Assembly (NCBI GenBank): GCA_044352465.1
Contig: JBILDU010000080.1
Coordinates: 1 to 14,479 of the forward strand
DNA length: 14,479 bases
DNA from: Bdellovibrionota bacterium
GTDB lineage: Bacteria > Bdellovibrionota_C > UBA2361
Reading direction: 5' to 3'
The translations under genes and the position numbers were made by a program. Position 1 is the first letter of the stretch. Each line of letters opens with the position of its first letter. The notes below the pieces were generated by a model. That model did no database searches. It was given only the letters and a program-made list of their open reading frames with translations, and was not told the DNA's origin. Shown here piece after piece: positions 1-7,218 of the stretch.

Positions 1-206
1 TAAGAGCCTCTTCAGCTTCCGGTTCTCGTCCTCAAGGCCTTTCAGCTTGCGTAGGTCGGTGCTCGTCATCCCTTCGTACTTCTTTTTCCAGCTGTAGTAC
101 GTCGGCTCACTCACTCCGTGCTTTCGGCATACCTCGGCAACTTTGCCGTAAGCTACGCTTCCTGGAGAATCTTCACTATCTGATCCTCCGTAAATCGCTT
201 TCTCAT
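1..206 (-). pseudogene. IS3-family transposase OrfA (HTH), frameshifted
   Basis: MRKRFTEDQIVKILQEA stops at TAG (155-153). Homology resumes in a shifted frame as GKVAEVCRKHGVSEPTYYSWKKKYEGMTSTDLRKLKGLEDENRKLKRLL, a typical OrfA HTH plus leucine zipper. A one-base loss near 145-155 would explain it; a sequencing error cannot be excluded. Confidence 0.85.
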
Positions 207-267
207 CTCGTCCTCCTGTTAAAGAGGACTATTCATCATCCCGTAGCTATTTCAGGGGGGCAGGGCA
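1..267 (-). mobile_element. IS3-family insertion sequence (IS407-group-like), left end only; the rest lies outside the window
   Basis: The minus strand starts 5'-TGCCCTGCCCCCCTGAAATAG at 267, a TG terminus resembling IS3/IS407 ends. It is followed by AGGAGG (217-212) and an OrfA-like reading frame from ATG 206. Confidence 0.85.
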
Positions 268-327
268 AACCCACTTATCCTCATCCTTCAGCGCCTCGAT
301 GAGCGCAGGCACGACGCTGTCCGGCTG
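268..327 (-). pseudogene. HEAT (PBS-lyase-like) repeat gene fragment abutting the IS end
   Basis: The minus strand reads QPDSVVPALIEALKDEDKWV and ends exactly at the IS terminus. This matches the AVPALIEALKDEDxxVR repeat consensus. An in-frame TAG lies a few codons upstream. Confidence 0.6.
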
Positions 328-369
328 GCGTGAGGTTTGGTTGCGCTAATCAGGGACAGCAGGCCAAGG

Positions 370-714
370 TCATGGTGATCCGCTGACCAAAACGTTAAGC
401 ACAAGCAGAATAAGGGCAGGGAGCATCTGAAACAGATTGTCCCCGATGCGAAAGCGCACGAGGACCCCGAACACCATCAGCAGAGCTAAGCTTGCGGCGC
501 TCAAAACTCTTAGCGGTTCGTAAAAAAAACCAACTATAAGCCCGAGCGCGCCCGCGATCTCAAGAGCCCCGGTAAGTTTCCTTAACTTAGGAAGCCTATA
601 ACGCTCAAACTCAAGCCGAATCACACCGGAAACGAAACAAGAGATTCCATAGCCAAGAAACGCAATAATTGAGAGCCCGTGGCAAAAGGTGTGAAAAGCA
701 GAATATGTGAACAA
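370..714 (-). CDS. DoxX-like small membrane protein
   Basis: 114 aa with about 4 hydrophobic segments and the motifs EFERYRLPKLRKLTGALEIAGALGL and LMVFGVLVRFRIGD. The TTG start is uncertain. Confidence 0.75.
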   Translation of the reverse strand: MFTYSAFHTFCHGLSIIAFLGYGISCFVSGVIRLEFERYRLPKLRKLTGALEIAGALGLIVGFFYEPLRVLSAASLALLMVFGVLVRFRIGDNLFQMLPALILLVLNVLVSGSP

Positions 715-810
715 ACCAAGTCTCTAGGTTAAATTTAATCCTTGCCTTTGAGCGGAGAGGATAGCAGGATCTTGTCAGTCTCCCCCCCCCTTTGTTTTCG
801 CAGGAATATT

Positions 811-1167
811 ATGTTCGTGCAAATTCTTCAGATTGTTGTGGCCCTCGGTCTTCTAAACGTATGGCTTGTGCGCGCGAACCTCGCCACCGCGTATCGCGGG
901 GGAGAGGCGAAAAATCTTCGGGAAGAGTTTGCCGTCTACGGGCTTCCCGGGTGGTTCTGCACGGTGGTGGGAGCTTTAAAAGTTGGCTCAGCGTTGGCGC
1001 TTCTTATTGCCCTGTGGATCCCCGAGCTGCGCCAGCCAGCAGCTGCACTGATCGCCGCTCTTATGATCGGTGCGGTATCGATGCATGCAAAGGTCAGAGA
1101 TCCGATCTCTAAAACGCTGCCCGCGGCTGCGATGTTAGCGATGAGCGTTGTCCTGTGTTTGGCTTAG
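811..1167 (+). CDS. DoxX-like small membrane protein
   Basis: ATG 811 follows AGGA (802-805). Motifs LNVWLVR, YRGGEAKNLREEFAVYGLP, VGALKV and MIGAVSMHAKVRDP are typical of DoxX-like proteins. Confidence 0.8.
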   Translation: MFVQILQIVVALGLLNVWLVRANLATAYRGGEAKNLREEFAVYGLPGWFCTVVGALKVGSALALLIALWIPELRQPAAALIAALMIGAVSMHAKVRDPISKTLPAAAMLAMSVVLCLA

Positions 1168-1294
1168 TGACGTCTTGGTTTAGTTGGTTCTGAAGCCCAG
1201 ACAATCCGCAATCAGACTCCGCTGGCAGGGCCCAGTGACGGCAACTAGTTTCATAAGGGGTCCCCGTTTTAGTTCGAGGAATATCGCGCAAAAA

Positions 1295-1400
1295 AACGAG
1301 ACTCGTTAGAAAAACCCGCTAACGAGGGGCCAATATACGAAGATCTCGTAGGGTCAGGTGACCGGGGGCGCTATAGAGGAATCATCTGCTAACGAGTGTC
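1295..1400. repeat. Cluster of inverted/direct (CT)AACGAG motifs
   Basis: AACGAG-A-CTCGTT at 1295-1307; CTCGTTAG 1302-1309 inverted to CTAACGAG 1319-1326; TACGA-AGATC-TCGTA at 1337-1351; CTAACGAGTGTC 1389-1400 matches the reverse complement of 1298-1309 at 11/12 positions. Confidence 0.55.
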
Positions 1401-1785
1401 CGAGGCCCGCTGCCGGAGGAGTTCTTTGAGCTCTTGAGTCCCTCGACGAACTAGTGCGCCGGTAGAGAGACTGGGACGTGTCGGCTAGAGGGGATTATCA
1501 AAGCCGCCCCAGCCTGCTTCCCTACTCTCTTCGTATGGGGGCCTAAAACATGCCTCGTCCTAGCTAGCTTAGGTCACTAAAGCTGACTCTGTAGTAAGCG
1601 CGATGACGAGTGCGGGATTAAGCCTGCGGATATCTTTTACTCATTCCAACACCCGACCAAAACTATAGCACAGGTGTCTAAGATACGGGGGGAACATCAG
1701 TCCGATTCAGTGACGGGGAGCTGTTCTGAAGAGCTCTTGTGAGATTCCCAGTGTGTCATGGTCTCTCTCATGGTAATCAGGGTCT

Positions 1786-2064
1786 ATGAGCCTACTCTTC
1801 GAATGGGATGCTTCCAAGGCCCGGTCAAATCTTAAAAAGCACGGAATCTCCTTTGAAGAGGCTACGACTATTTTCGGAGATCCAAGAGCGATTACCATTG
1901 AATCTTCGGTAGTTAGCGGTGAGAAGAGGCTGGTTACCATCGGTCGCTCCGCCTCCGGGCGCTTTGTGATAGTGGTAGTACACACCGATAGAAATGATAG
2001 AATACGAATTATAAGTGCTCGGCCTGCCAGCCGAGCGGAGCGAAATCAATACGAGGGCCGATAA
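1786..2064 (+). CDS. brnT: BrnT-family type II toxin (ribonuclease)
   Basis: 92 aa with the BrnT signature FEWDASKARSNLKKHGISFEEA, GEKRLVTIG, and RIRIISARPASRAERNQYE. Confidence 0.92.
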   Translation: MSLLFEWDASKARSNLKKHGISFEEATTIFGDPRAITIESSVVSGEKRLVTIGRSASGRFVIVVVHTDRNDRIRIISARPASRAERNQYEGR

Positions 2065-2065
2065 C

Positions 2066-2275
2066 ATGAAGCAGGAATATGACTTCTCGAAGGGTGTGCG
2101 GGGCAAATACTTCAAGCGCTATCAAGCAGGTTCGAATGTTGTCATCCTCGATCCTGAGATCGCCGCTGTATTCAAAGATTCCGAGTCAGTAAATGATGCC
2201 CTGCGCTCTCTCATGCGCGCTGCGGGGCATAACAAGACACTGCTGCGGACGCGCAAAGCGCGCCGCAAAGCGTAG
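2066..2275 (+). CDS. BrnA-like antitoxin, partner of BrnT
   Basis: ATG lies 1 nt after the toxin stop. MKQEYDFSKGVRGKY...VILDPEIAAVFKDSESVNDALRSL is typical of small proteins encoded after brnT. Confidence 0.8.
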   Translation: MKQEYDFSKGVRGKYFKRYQAGSNVVILDPEIAAVFKDSESVNDALRSLMRAAGHNKTLLRTRKARRKA

Positions 2276-2283
2276 CGTTATCT
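2227..2283 (+). other. Integron attC-like recombination site (57 bp)
   Basis: R'' GCATAAC (2227-2233) and R' GTTATCT (2277-2283) flank the imperfect palindrome TGCGG-A-CGCGC-AAA-GCGCG-CCGCA, which has one unpaired base. The L boxes (ACTGCTGC / GCAAAGC) are partly degenerate. Confidence 0.7.
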
Positions 2284-2340
2284 CTCTAGTATCTTCATAT
2301 GCCACAGCCCGAACAAAATCGCCGTGAAGTGTAATTACAG

Positions 2341-2523
2341 GTGGCAACTCGCGCTTACACTGATGCCGACTACCCCGCCATTGCTGACATTCTCGACAAG
2401 GCAAAATTAGTTGACCCCGAACGGGATAACCGAGAGTGTCTCGCTCGTAAAATCGAAAAAGATCCCGGCTCTATTTTCGTCGCGACAACTTCCGAGGGGT
2501 GCGCGTTAACGATACGGCTCTAG
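2341..2523 (+). pseudogene. N-terminal fragment of a GNAT acetyltransferase (YpeA-like)
   Basis: TRAYTDADYPAIADIL...RECLARKIEKDPGSIFVA resembles the GNAT N-terminus (IRPY..D..AV..LW...DIERKL..DPDLFLVA). The acetyl-CoA-binding motif A is absent and the frame runs into the end of trbI. Confidence 0.55.
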
Positions 2524-3654
2524 CACCAAGTCCTTATTTACGAAGATCGAGAACCTCTTTCCTGGCTCGATTTCGATAGTGGGCTGAATATTAAGATTCT
2601 TCCTCGCTATCTGTTGCCCCACATCGTCGACATTCATCGCAAACCCTTCTGCTCCAAGTTGGCCAAGGCTTGGGTCCACGGTCCTACTCCCCCCTTGGGC
2701 CACTCTCGAACCAGCGCTTAACACGGAGCTCACCACAACGCCGCTTAAAAGTTTTAGGTAGTGGTTATTAACCTTGTCAGCGAGCCCTGCATACCCCGAC
2801 ATATCCACTCCGGGCATCCCCTCTAACGACAGCGATTTACCGTTCGGAAAGAGAAGCCTCGTCCACACGATTAACACCCGCTCTTGGCCATACCCGATGC
2901 GACTATCGTACTCACCGACGATCTTCGTTCCCTGCGGAATGAGAAGATACTTTCCGGTGACCGAATCAAAGGTATTTTGCGACACCTGGCCAAGGATCTG
3001 GCCCGGAAGGTCGCTATTGATTCCAGTGATGAGCACACCGGGTATCTGTGTGCCCGCCATAACCTGATACTCAGTGACGGGGGAGCGAAGACGCTTTGAA
3101 AGAACCTCGTCGCCGCTGCGTCCATTAGTGACAAATGAGCGCTTACTCTCTTGGTCCGTCCCTGAAGTCCCAAAGCTTTCCCCCCTCTCCCCCATTTCCC
3201 CCTCTTTTAAAGGGTCGAGAGAACCATCCACCGCCCGCTCCCTCGTGGGTGGAGCCCTGTTCCCCCTTCCTATATCGCCACGAACCGGTACGAACACCTC
3301 TTGAAGGCGGGTTTGGAGAGCCCGCTTCTTTTTATTGAGACGCTCCATGTGCTCAAGCTTCATAAACTCAGCACTCATCCCATCCTCAACCGCACTCGCC
3401 CCCTCGGACGGCGGAAGGAGTGGAAGTGGCGGAGCCTCTTTCTTCATCTCATAGGTGCTTGGAAGACTTAATACAGCGCGTGATGGTAACGCTGGAGACG
3501 GTGGCTTTATCGCTTCTGTGGCCACGGCTTTGTCTGCCCCATCGATAAAGACGAACGCGCCGATGAGTACAATCACACCGAGGACAAGAGCGATCGCCCG
3601 TGCGTTAAGCCGTAGCCCTGGCGTGATACCTGTCTCTTTTATCTTTATACTCAT
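2506..3654 (-). CDS. trbI: TrbI/VirB10 type IV secretion core protein
   Basis: 382 aa with an N-terminal TM and Pro-rich linker. The conserved C-terminal domain includes AGTQIPGVLITGINSDLPGQI, LLIPQGTKIVGEYDS, GQERVLIVWTRL, GYAGLADKVNNHY and NIQPTIEIEPG. Confidence 0.93.
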   Translation of the reverse strand: MSIKIKETGITPGLRLNARAIALVLGVIVLIGAFVFIDGADKAVATEAIKPPSPALPSRAVLSLPSTYEMKKEAPPLPLLPPSEGASAVEDGMSAEFMKLEHMERLNKKKRALQTRLQEVFVPVRGDIGRGNRAPPTRERAVDGSLDPLKEGEMGERGESFGTSGTDQESKRSFVTNGRSGDEVLSKRLRSPVTEYQVMAGTQIPGVLITGINSDLPGQILGQVSQNTFDSVTGKYLLIPQGTKIVGEYDSRIGYGQERVLIVWTRLLFPNGKSLSLEGMPGVDMSGYAGLADKVNNHYLKLLSGVVVSSVLSAGSRVAQGGSRTVDPSLGQLGAEGFAMNVDDVGQQIARKNLNIQPTIEIEPGKRFSIFVNKDLVLEPYR

Positions 3655-3657
3655 ACG

Positions 3658-3885
3658 CTACCCAAAAATACGGTCAAATAGGGACTGCTCAAAATCCTCG
3701 CGGCGAATTCGGACCCGCTTTTTGCCGATTCTGAGCTCCGCCTCATCAAATAATCGGTCAACGATGTAACTACCGTCTTTAAGCCGGTAATTTACGAGCA
3801 CGGGCTCATTGTCCTCGATAACAAATAGTGGTGGTGCCTCATTCACCTTCATGGAAGGAGACACACCTGCGCTTCGCGCCGACAT
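3658..3885 (-). pseudogene. trbG: C-terminal fragment of TrbG/VirB9
   Basis: EAPPLFVI...LVNYRLKDGSYIVDRLFDEAELRIG is the TrbG C-terminal signature, with the stop 3 nt before the trbI ATG. Only about 68 codons are homologous; the 5' part is missing (breakpoint ~3865). Confidence 0.85.
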
Positions 3886-3897
3886 CGACGCGGCCGT

Positions 3898-3921
3898 TCT
3901 CAGATGGGCTCTCAGATGGGC
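3898..3921. repeat. Perfect 12-bp tandem duplication TCTCAGATGGGC x2
   Basis: 3898-3909 and 3910-3921 are identical. Confidence 0.9.
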
Positions 3922-3929
3922 AAGGCGAG

Positions 3930-5732
3930 CTAGTGAGCCGACGAAATACCAGGTGTCGCCACCGGTGGAGCGACCCAGGTGAGCGGCATCGCTACATGCT
4001 CAAAACCAGCAAGGAGGCGCTGCTTTTCGGTAAGAGAGGTCTCGTCATCGGCGCCAAATACAAGCTCCACATCAGCCCCTCCGAGGGCCACACCCACCAA
4101 TGAGCTACTCAAGGCGAGCTCACGTTCGTCGACCCGAACTGACGGTACGTTATCGAGAAACAGCCGCGCTACGAGCATCGCCCGAAGTCTCGACTCAGGG
4201 TCGAGTATCCGTCGCTTCGACACGACGATATCAAAGGAAAGATACGCGAACCCAGGGTTCTCATCTTGCAACGAGCGAATTTTCTGAAGGTGTACGAGCC
4301 GGTCCTCCCACGTCTCAAGAGAGGACAGCGTCAAGCTACACACCGATCCGGCACCGTAACGATGCACCCATTTAACCGCGTTGATCCATTCCGCCGCCGC
4401 GGTACCATCGCCCTGCTGATGTCGCTGACGCAACCGATCGATCAACACCCCTCCCCCCTCAGGCCGAATTCCCGTCAACCCGGCGGTGACCAGCCGACTA
4501 ATCACTTGCTCGGGAGGAATCCCCTCACGAACCGCGAGAGTAAGGATTTCTCCCACCGAGAACCCCTCTACCGGAAGGGCAGTCTCACGCCGAAGCCGCA
4601 CGATCAGCTGCTCACTCTCAGCGAGACCTTTTTCAGCCCCCCCGAGCTGGGGCAACCGAATGCAATTCGGCTTCTCTCGTTCGAGGATCGGAAAGACCTC
4701 CCGTAACGCCCGCCCACCCGCAACATACCGCTCAAGCTCGTTGACCGTCGGTGCAAAAACTTTAAAGACTCGCCGATCAGCCGCGAAGCGGCTCCGCAAG
4801 ACCTCCGCCGCAAGCCCTAGGTCGGGCAACCCAGCGCGGCGGGCGAGGCGTATCCCCTCCCGCAAACTCAGCCGACGACCATCAACGACATCTTGAAGGA
4901 GCTCGCTCACTCCGCGAAGTTTGATCTCATCAGTCGGCTTACGACTCAGAAGAGAGAACGTAGCGCTCCGGTATTCGGTCTGCGGAAGTAAGTTGAGTCG
5001 ACTCGCCCGACGACAAAACTCGCGGTAGCCCGCCAACTCCGCCTCATCAAGATAGAAAAGATGGCGTTCCCGAACAAATTTGGCGTAGACCTGCTCCTGA
5101 GAAGTGAGCAGGGTCTCCCGCGGTGCCGACAGCGCGCACCGCGCCGCGGCAGCGCGATGACACACCTCGTTAAACAACTGATGTTGCTTCATCGAGAGCA
5201 CTCCGGGACGCATCGCCCAGATGAGAAAGACGAACGGGGAACCGGTCAGAGCATGCCACTCAGTGACCAGATCGTGGCGAACCGCAAACCCCTGCACCCG
5301 CGAATGGGTCGCCTCAGCTCGCACGAGTACCCCTTCATGTGGCCGCAGATCGCTCGGGGATATATCGTGAGGCACCCGCACTAAGCGAGGTGATAGGCCC
5401 CACTGCTCCCGGAGCAACACTTTCAAAAGATAGGCGGAGCAACACGAACCCTCGTAAAGATATACCGCGTCGAGGCGGTTAATCGGCTCATTCGCGCAGA
5501 GCATAAGCGCGGAGCGCTGTTGACATCCGAAACCGAAATCGAGCCCAACATATCCACCGTGAATCGCGAATTCACTCGCCGAGATGAGCGCAATATCGAC
5601 CTCCCCCTCGTGTAGGCGACGCCGATTCTCGACCGGGTCGTTCTCCTCGAAACGGACAAAGGGCAGCTCTTGCAGGAGTCGGTACGGCTGACACGCCGCA
5701 TACGCCACACTCGCGACCGCTAACTTTCTCAC
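3930..5732 (-). CDS. MqnA-like (chorismate dehydratase fold) plus MqnC-like (CofH/MqnC radical-SAM barrel) fusion, catalytic motifs degenerate
   Basis: The N-domain has LHEGEVDIALIS and DLVTEWHALTGSPFVFLIWA (MqnA DLG.EW...TGLPFVFA.W). The C-domain (~4910-3930) has GRRLSLREGIRL, GFSVGEI, RLVTAGL, ETWEDRLVHLQKIRSLQDENPGF and ARLFLDNV (MqnC/CofH). There is no CxxxCxxC. The start is likely GTG 5732 after GGTGAGG (ORF track gives 5738). Confidence 0.8.
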   Translation of the reverse strand: MRKLAVASVAYAACQPYRLLQELPFVRFEENDPVENRRRLHEGEVDIALISASEFAIHGGYVGLDFGFGCQQRSALMLCANEPINRLDAVYLYEGSCCSAYLLKVLLREQWGLSPRLVRVPHDISPSDLRPHEGVLVRAEATHSRVQGFAVRHDLVTEWHALTGSPFVFLIWAMRPGVLSMKQHQLFNEVCHRAAAARCALSAPRETLLTSQEQVYAKFVRERHLFYLDEAELAGYREFCRRASRLNLLPQTEYRSATFSLLSRKPTDEIKLRGVSELLQDVVDGRRLSLREGIRLARRAGLPDLGLAAEVLRSRFAADRRVFKVFAPTVNELERYVAGGRALREVFPILEREKPNCIRLPQLGGAEKGLAESEQLIVRLRRETALPVEGFSVGEILTLAVREGIPPEQVISRLVTAGLTGIRPEGGGVLIDRLRQRHQQGDGTAAAEWINAVKWVHRYGAGSVCSLTLSSLETWEDRLVHLQKIRSLQDENPGFAYLSFDIVVSKRRILDPESRLRAMLVARLFLDNVPSVRVDERELALSSSLVGVALGGADVELVFGADDETSLTEKQRLLAGFEHVAMPLTWVAPPVATPGISSAH

Positions 5733-5744
5733 GCCCACCTCACC

Positions 5745-6797
5745 CTATGATTTTCCCCGCCACGAGCGCTCGTGCGACTGCGACTTCGATTCGGGCGCCT
5801 GAGTCGGCACCGCTTTCTGCAATTCGACCAACTGCTGGAGCTGCAACGACTGCCGGGTGGTTTCATCGATCGTACCGAAACCAAAATCGTTCGCTCCACA
5901 CAGGTGGGCTACCTTAAAGAAGTCGATTGAGAGGTACCGACTCGAGGCCCGTCGCCGAGACACGCTCGGTAACGCAAGGGTTCCCACCGCCAACATGCGC
6001 AACAACATCAGGTCGAGACCCGCGCCCCGGAGGGGAAAATCGCCGCAGCTCCGACTCAACCCGGGAAACCACACGCTGACGAGACCGTCGCGACCGCTCA
6101 CTGCGGCTATCGCAGCGATATGCTCAGCGAGGGCCGCCGCGTTGCTAAAACGATCGAGCGCCGTGCAAAAGCTCTGCCCCAACCCAACTGAATTCACCTC
6201 GGTCAAAGCCGTGAAATCCCGGCACGCGCGGAGCCGCTTGATCCCTGCCTCGCGAAGACGTCGCACCACTTCGCTCAGCGTCAGATTTTCGAGGGCCTTA
6301 CTGCGCCGCCCCTGGGCTTGGAGCCACGCCAAAATATCTTCAGCCGCTGGACCAACGAGGGTCAGCCCCTCGCGTGCCCTCGCAATCGCGGCGATGCGCT
6401 CTTCAAGACCACTCCCGAGCTCAGACAAATCGACCTGATCAAGCAGCACCTCTAATTCGGGGTGTTTGATTTGAGCAAGATAGCCGATCGGGTCTGGCGA
6501 ATCCTCAGTCAACGAAACTGCCACGATCGGTGTCGGTGCTATCTGCGGCGTGGCCTGGCTACCCAACTCAACAAGCTTCATCAACACGGCCAGGGGTGCC
6601 ACGGCGATGAGCCGCTCGATATCAGCTACGGCGAGCATCCCGCGCGCTACTATCCGTTCTCGGACCGGAGCAAAACCGAGCTCTTTGATCGCGCGCTCGA
6701 TAAAATCATTCGCCGGAATCGGCACGGGGAGACACCCCAGCGTCTGCACCGCTACTCGCGCACCACCGACGATACCGAATCGCGCGAGTTTGCCCAC
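5745..6797 (-). CDS. Degenerate MqnE/CofH-like protein lacking the radical-SAM cysteine motif
   Basis: LGFAPVRERI, LSEVVRRLREAGI, LLRMLAVGTLALPSV and VAHLCGANDFGFGTIDE correspond to MqnE/CofH segments (GL.PI.EKV, VL..LK.AGL, LR..AVSRL.LDN, AL.YGA.D..GT..E). It sits directly upstream of the mqnA-mqnC-like gene. The start is uncertain. Confidence 0.65.
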   Translation of the reverse strand: MGKLARFGIVGGARVAVQTLGCLPVPIPANDFIERAIKELGFAPVRERIVARGMLAVADIERLIAVAPLAVLMKLVELGSQATPQIAPTPIVAVSLTEDSPDPIGYLAQIKHPELEVLLDQVDLSELGSGLEERIAAIARAREGLTLVGPAAEDILAWLQAQGRRSKALENLTLSEVVRRLREAGIKRLRACRDFTALTEVNSVGLGQSFCTALDRFSNAAALAEHIAAIAAVSGRDGLVSVWFPGLSRSCGDFPLRGAGLDLMLLRMLAVGTLALPSVSRRRASSRYLSIDFFKVAHLCGANDFGFGTIDETTRQSLQLQQLVELQKAVPTQAPESKSQSHERSWRGKS

Positions 6798-6828
6798 GCT
6801 AGAACTCCGACCAAAAAGTTTTTTTCAT

Positions 6829-6849
6829 ATATCAGAGCCGCTCTGTTAT
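6829..6849. promoter_or_regulatory. Candidate operator palindrome upstream of the mqnE-like gene
   Basis: ATATCAGAGC-C-GCTCTGTTAT has 9 of 10 arm positions symmetric and lies about 30 bp upstream of GTG 6797. Confidence 0.35.
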
Positions 6850-7190
6850 CTCACCCGCGAAGCCTCTGGCAGGTGAAAGAATTAGTGGACGGGATACGAG
6901 GAACCCTTTCTCTTAATCATCATCCAGTCCAGCCCAACGACTCTCCCGATAACCTGAGGAACGCCGTACCAGCGGCGGCCTGAAGGGCCTACGCGAGCTT
7001 CCCGGGAGGGAACGAGCTCATTGCCCATCTCAGCCTGACCGCATACCTAGAATCGAAAGAGCGAGAAAACGAGAAGGCAACGCCGTACCGCGTGAGACCA
7101 CGCCCTGCGCACGCTGTGCAGGACATTCGACTAGTTGCCATCGACCTGCGGGCATGAGCCATTCCGAGCGTCTGAACGCAGACCCTCAGA

Positions 7191-7218
7191 TAGCTATTTG
7201 CACCTAGCTATTTGCACC
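7191..7218. repeat. Perfect 14-bp tandem duplication TAGCTATTTGCACC x2
   Basis: 7191-7204 and 7205-7218 are identical. Confidence 0.9.

Noticed and set aside
742..810. TTG-initiated extension of the second DoxX ORF
   Set aside because: ATG 811 has an SD and matches the family N-terminus. The extension crosses a C9 run in the divergent promoter region.
1302..1397. GTTAG/CTAAC motifs as a second attC or attI
   Set aside because: The orientation is GTT...AAC rather than AAC...GTT, and no L boxes or suitably spaced R' follow either CTAAC.
1707..3086. Near-identical TCAGTGACGGGG(G)AGC at 1707-1721 and 3071-3086
   Set aside because: The match is short and has an indel, one copy lies inside intact trbI coding sequence, and similarity does not extend. 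Probably chance.
3898..7218. Short tandem repeats as CRISPR remnants
   Set aside because: There are only two adjacent copies of 12-14 bp with no spacers, and no cas genes are present.
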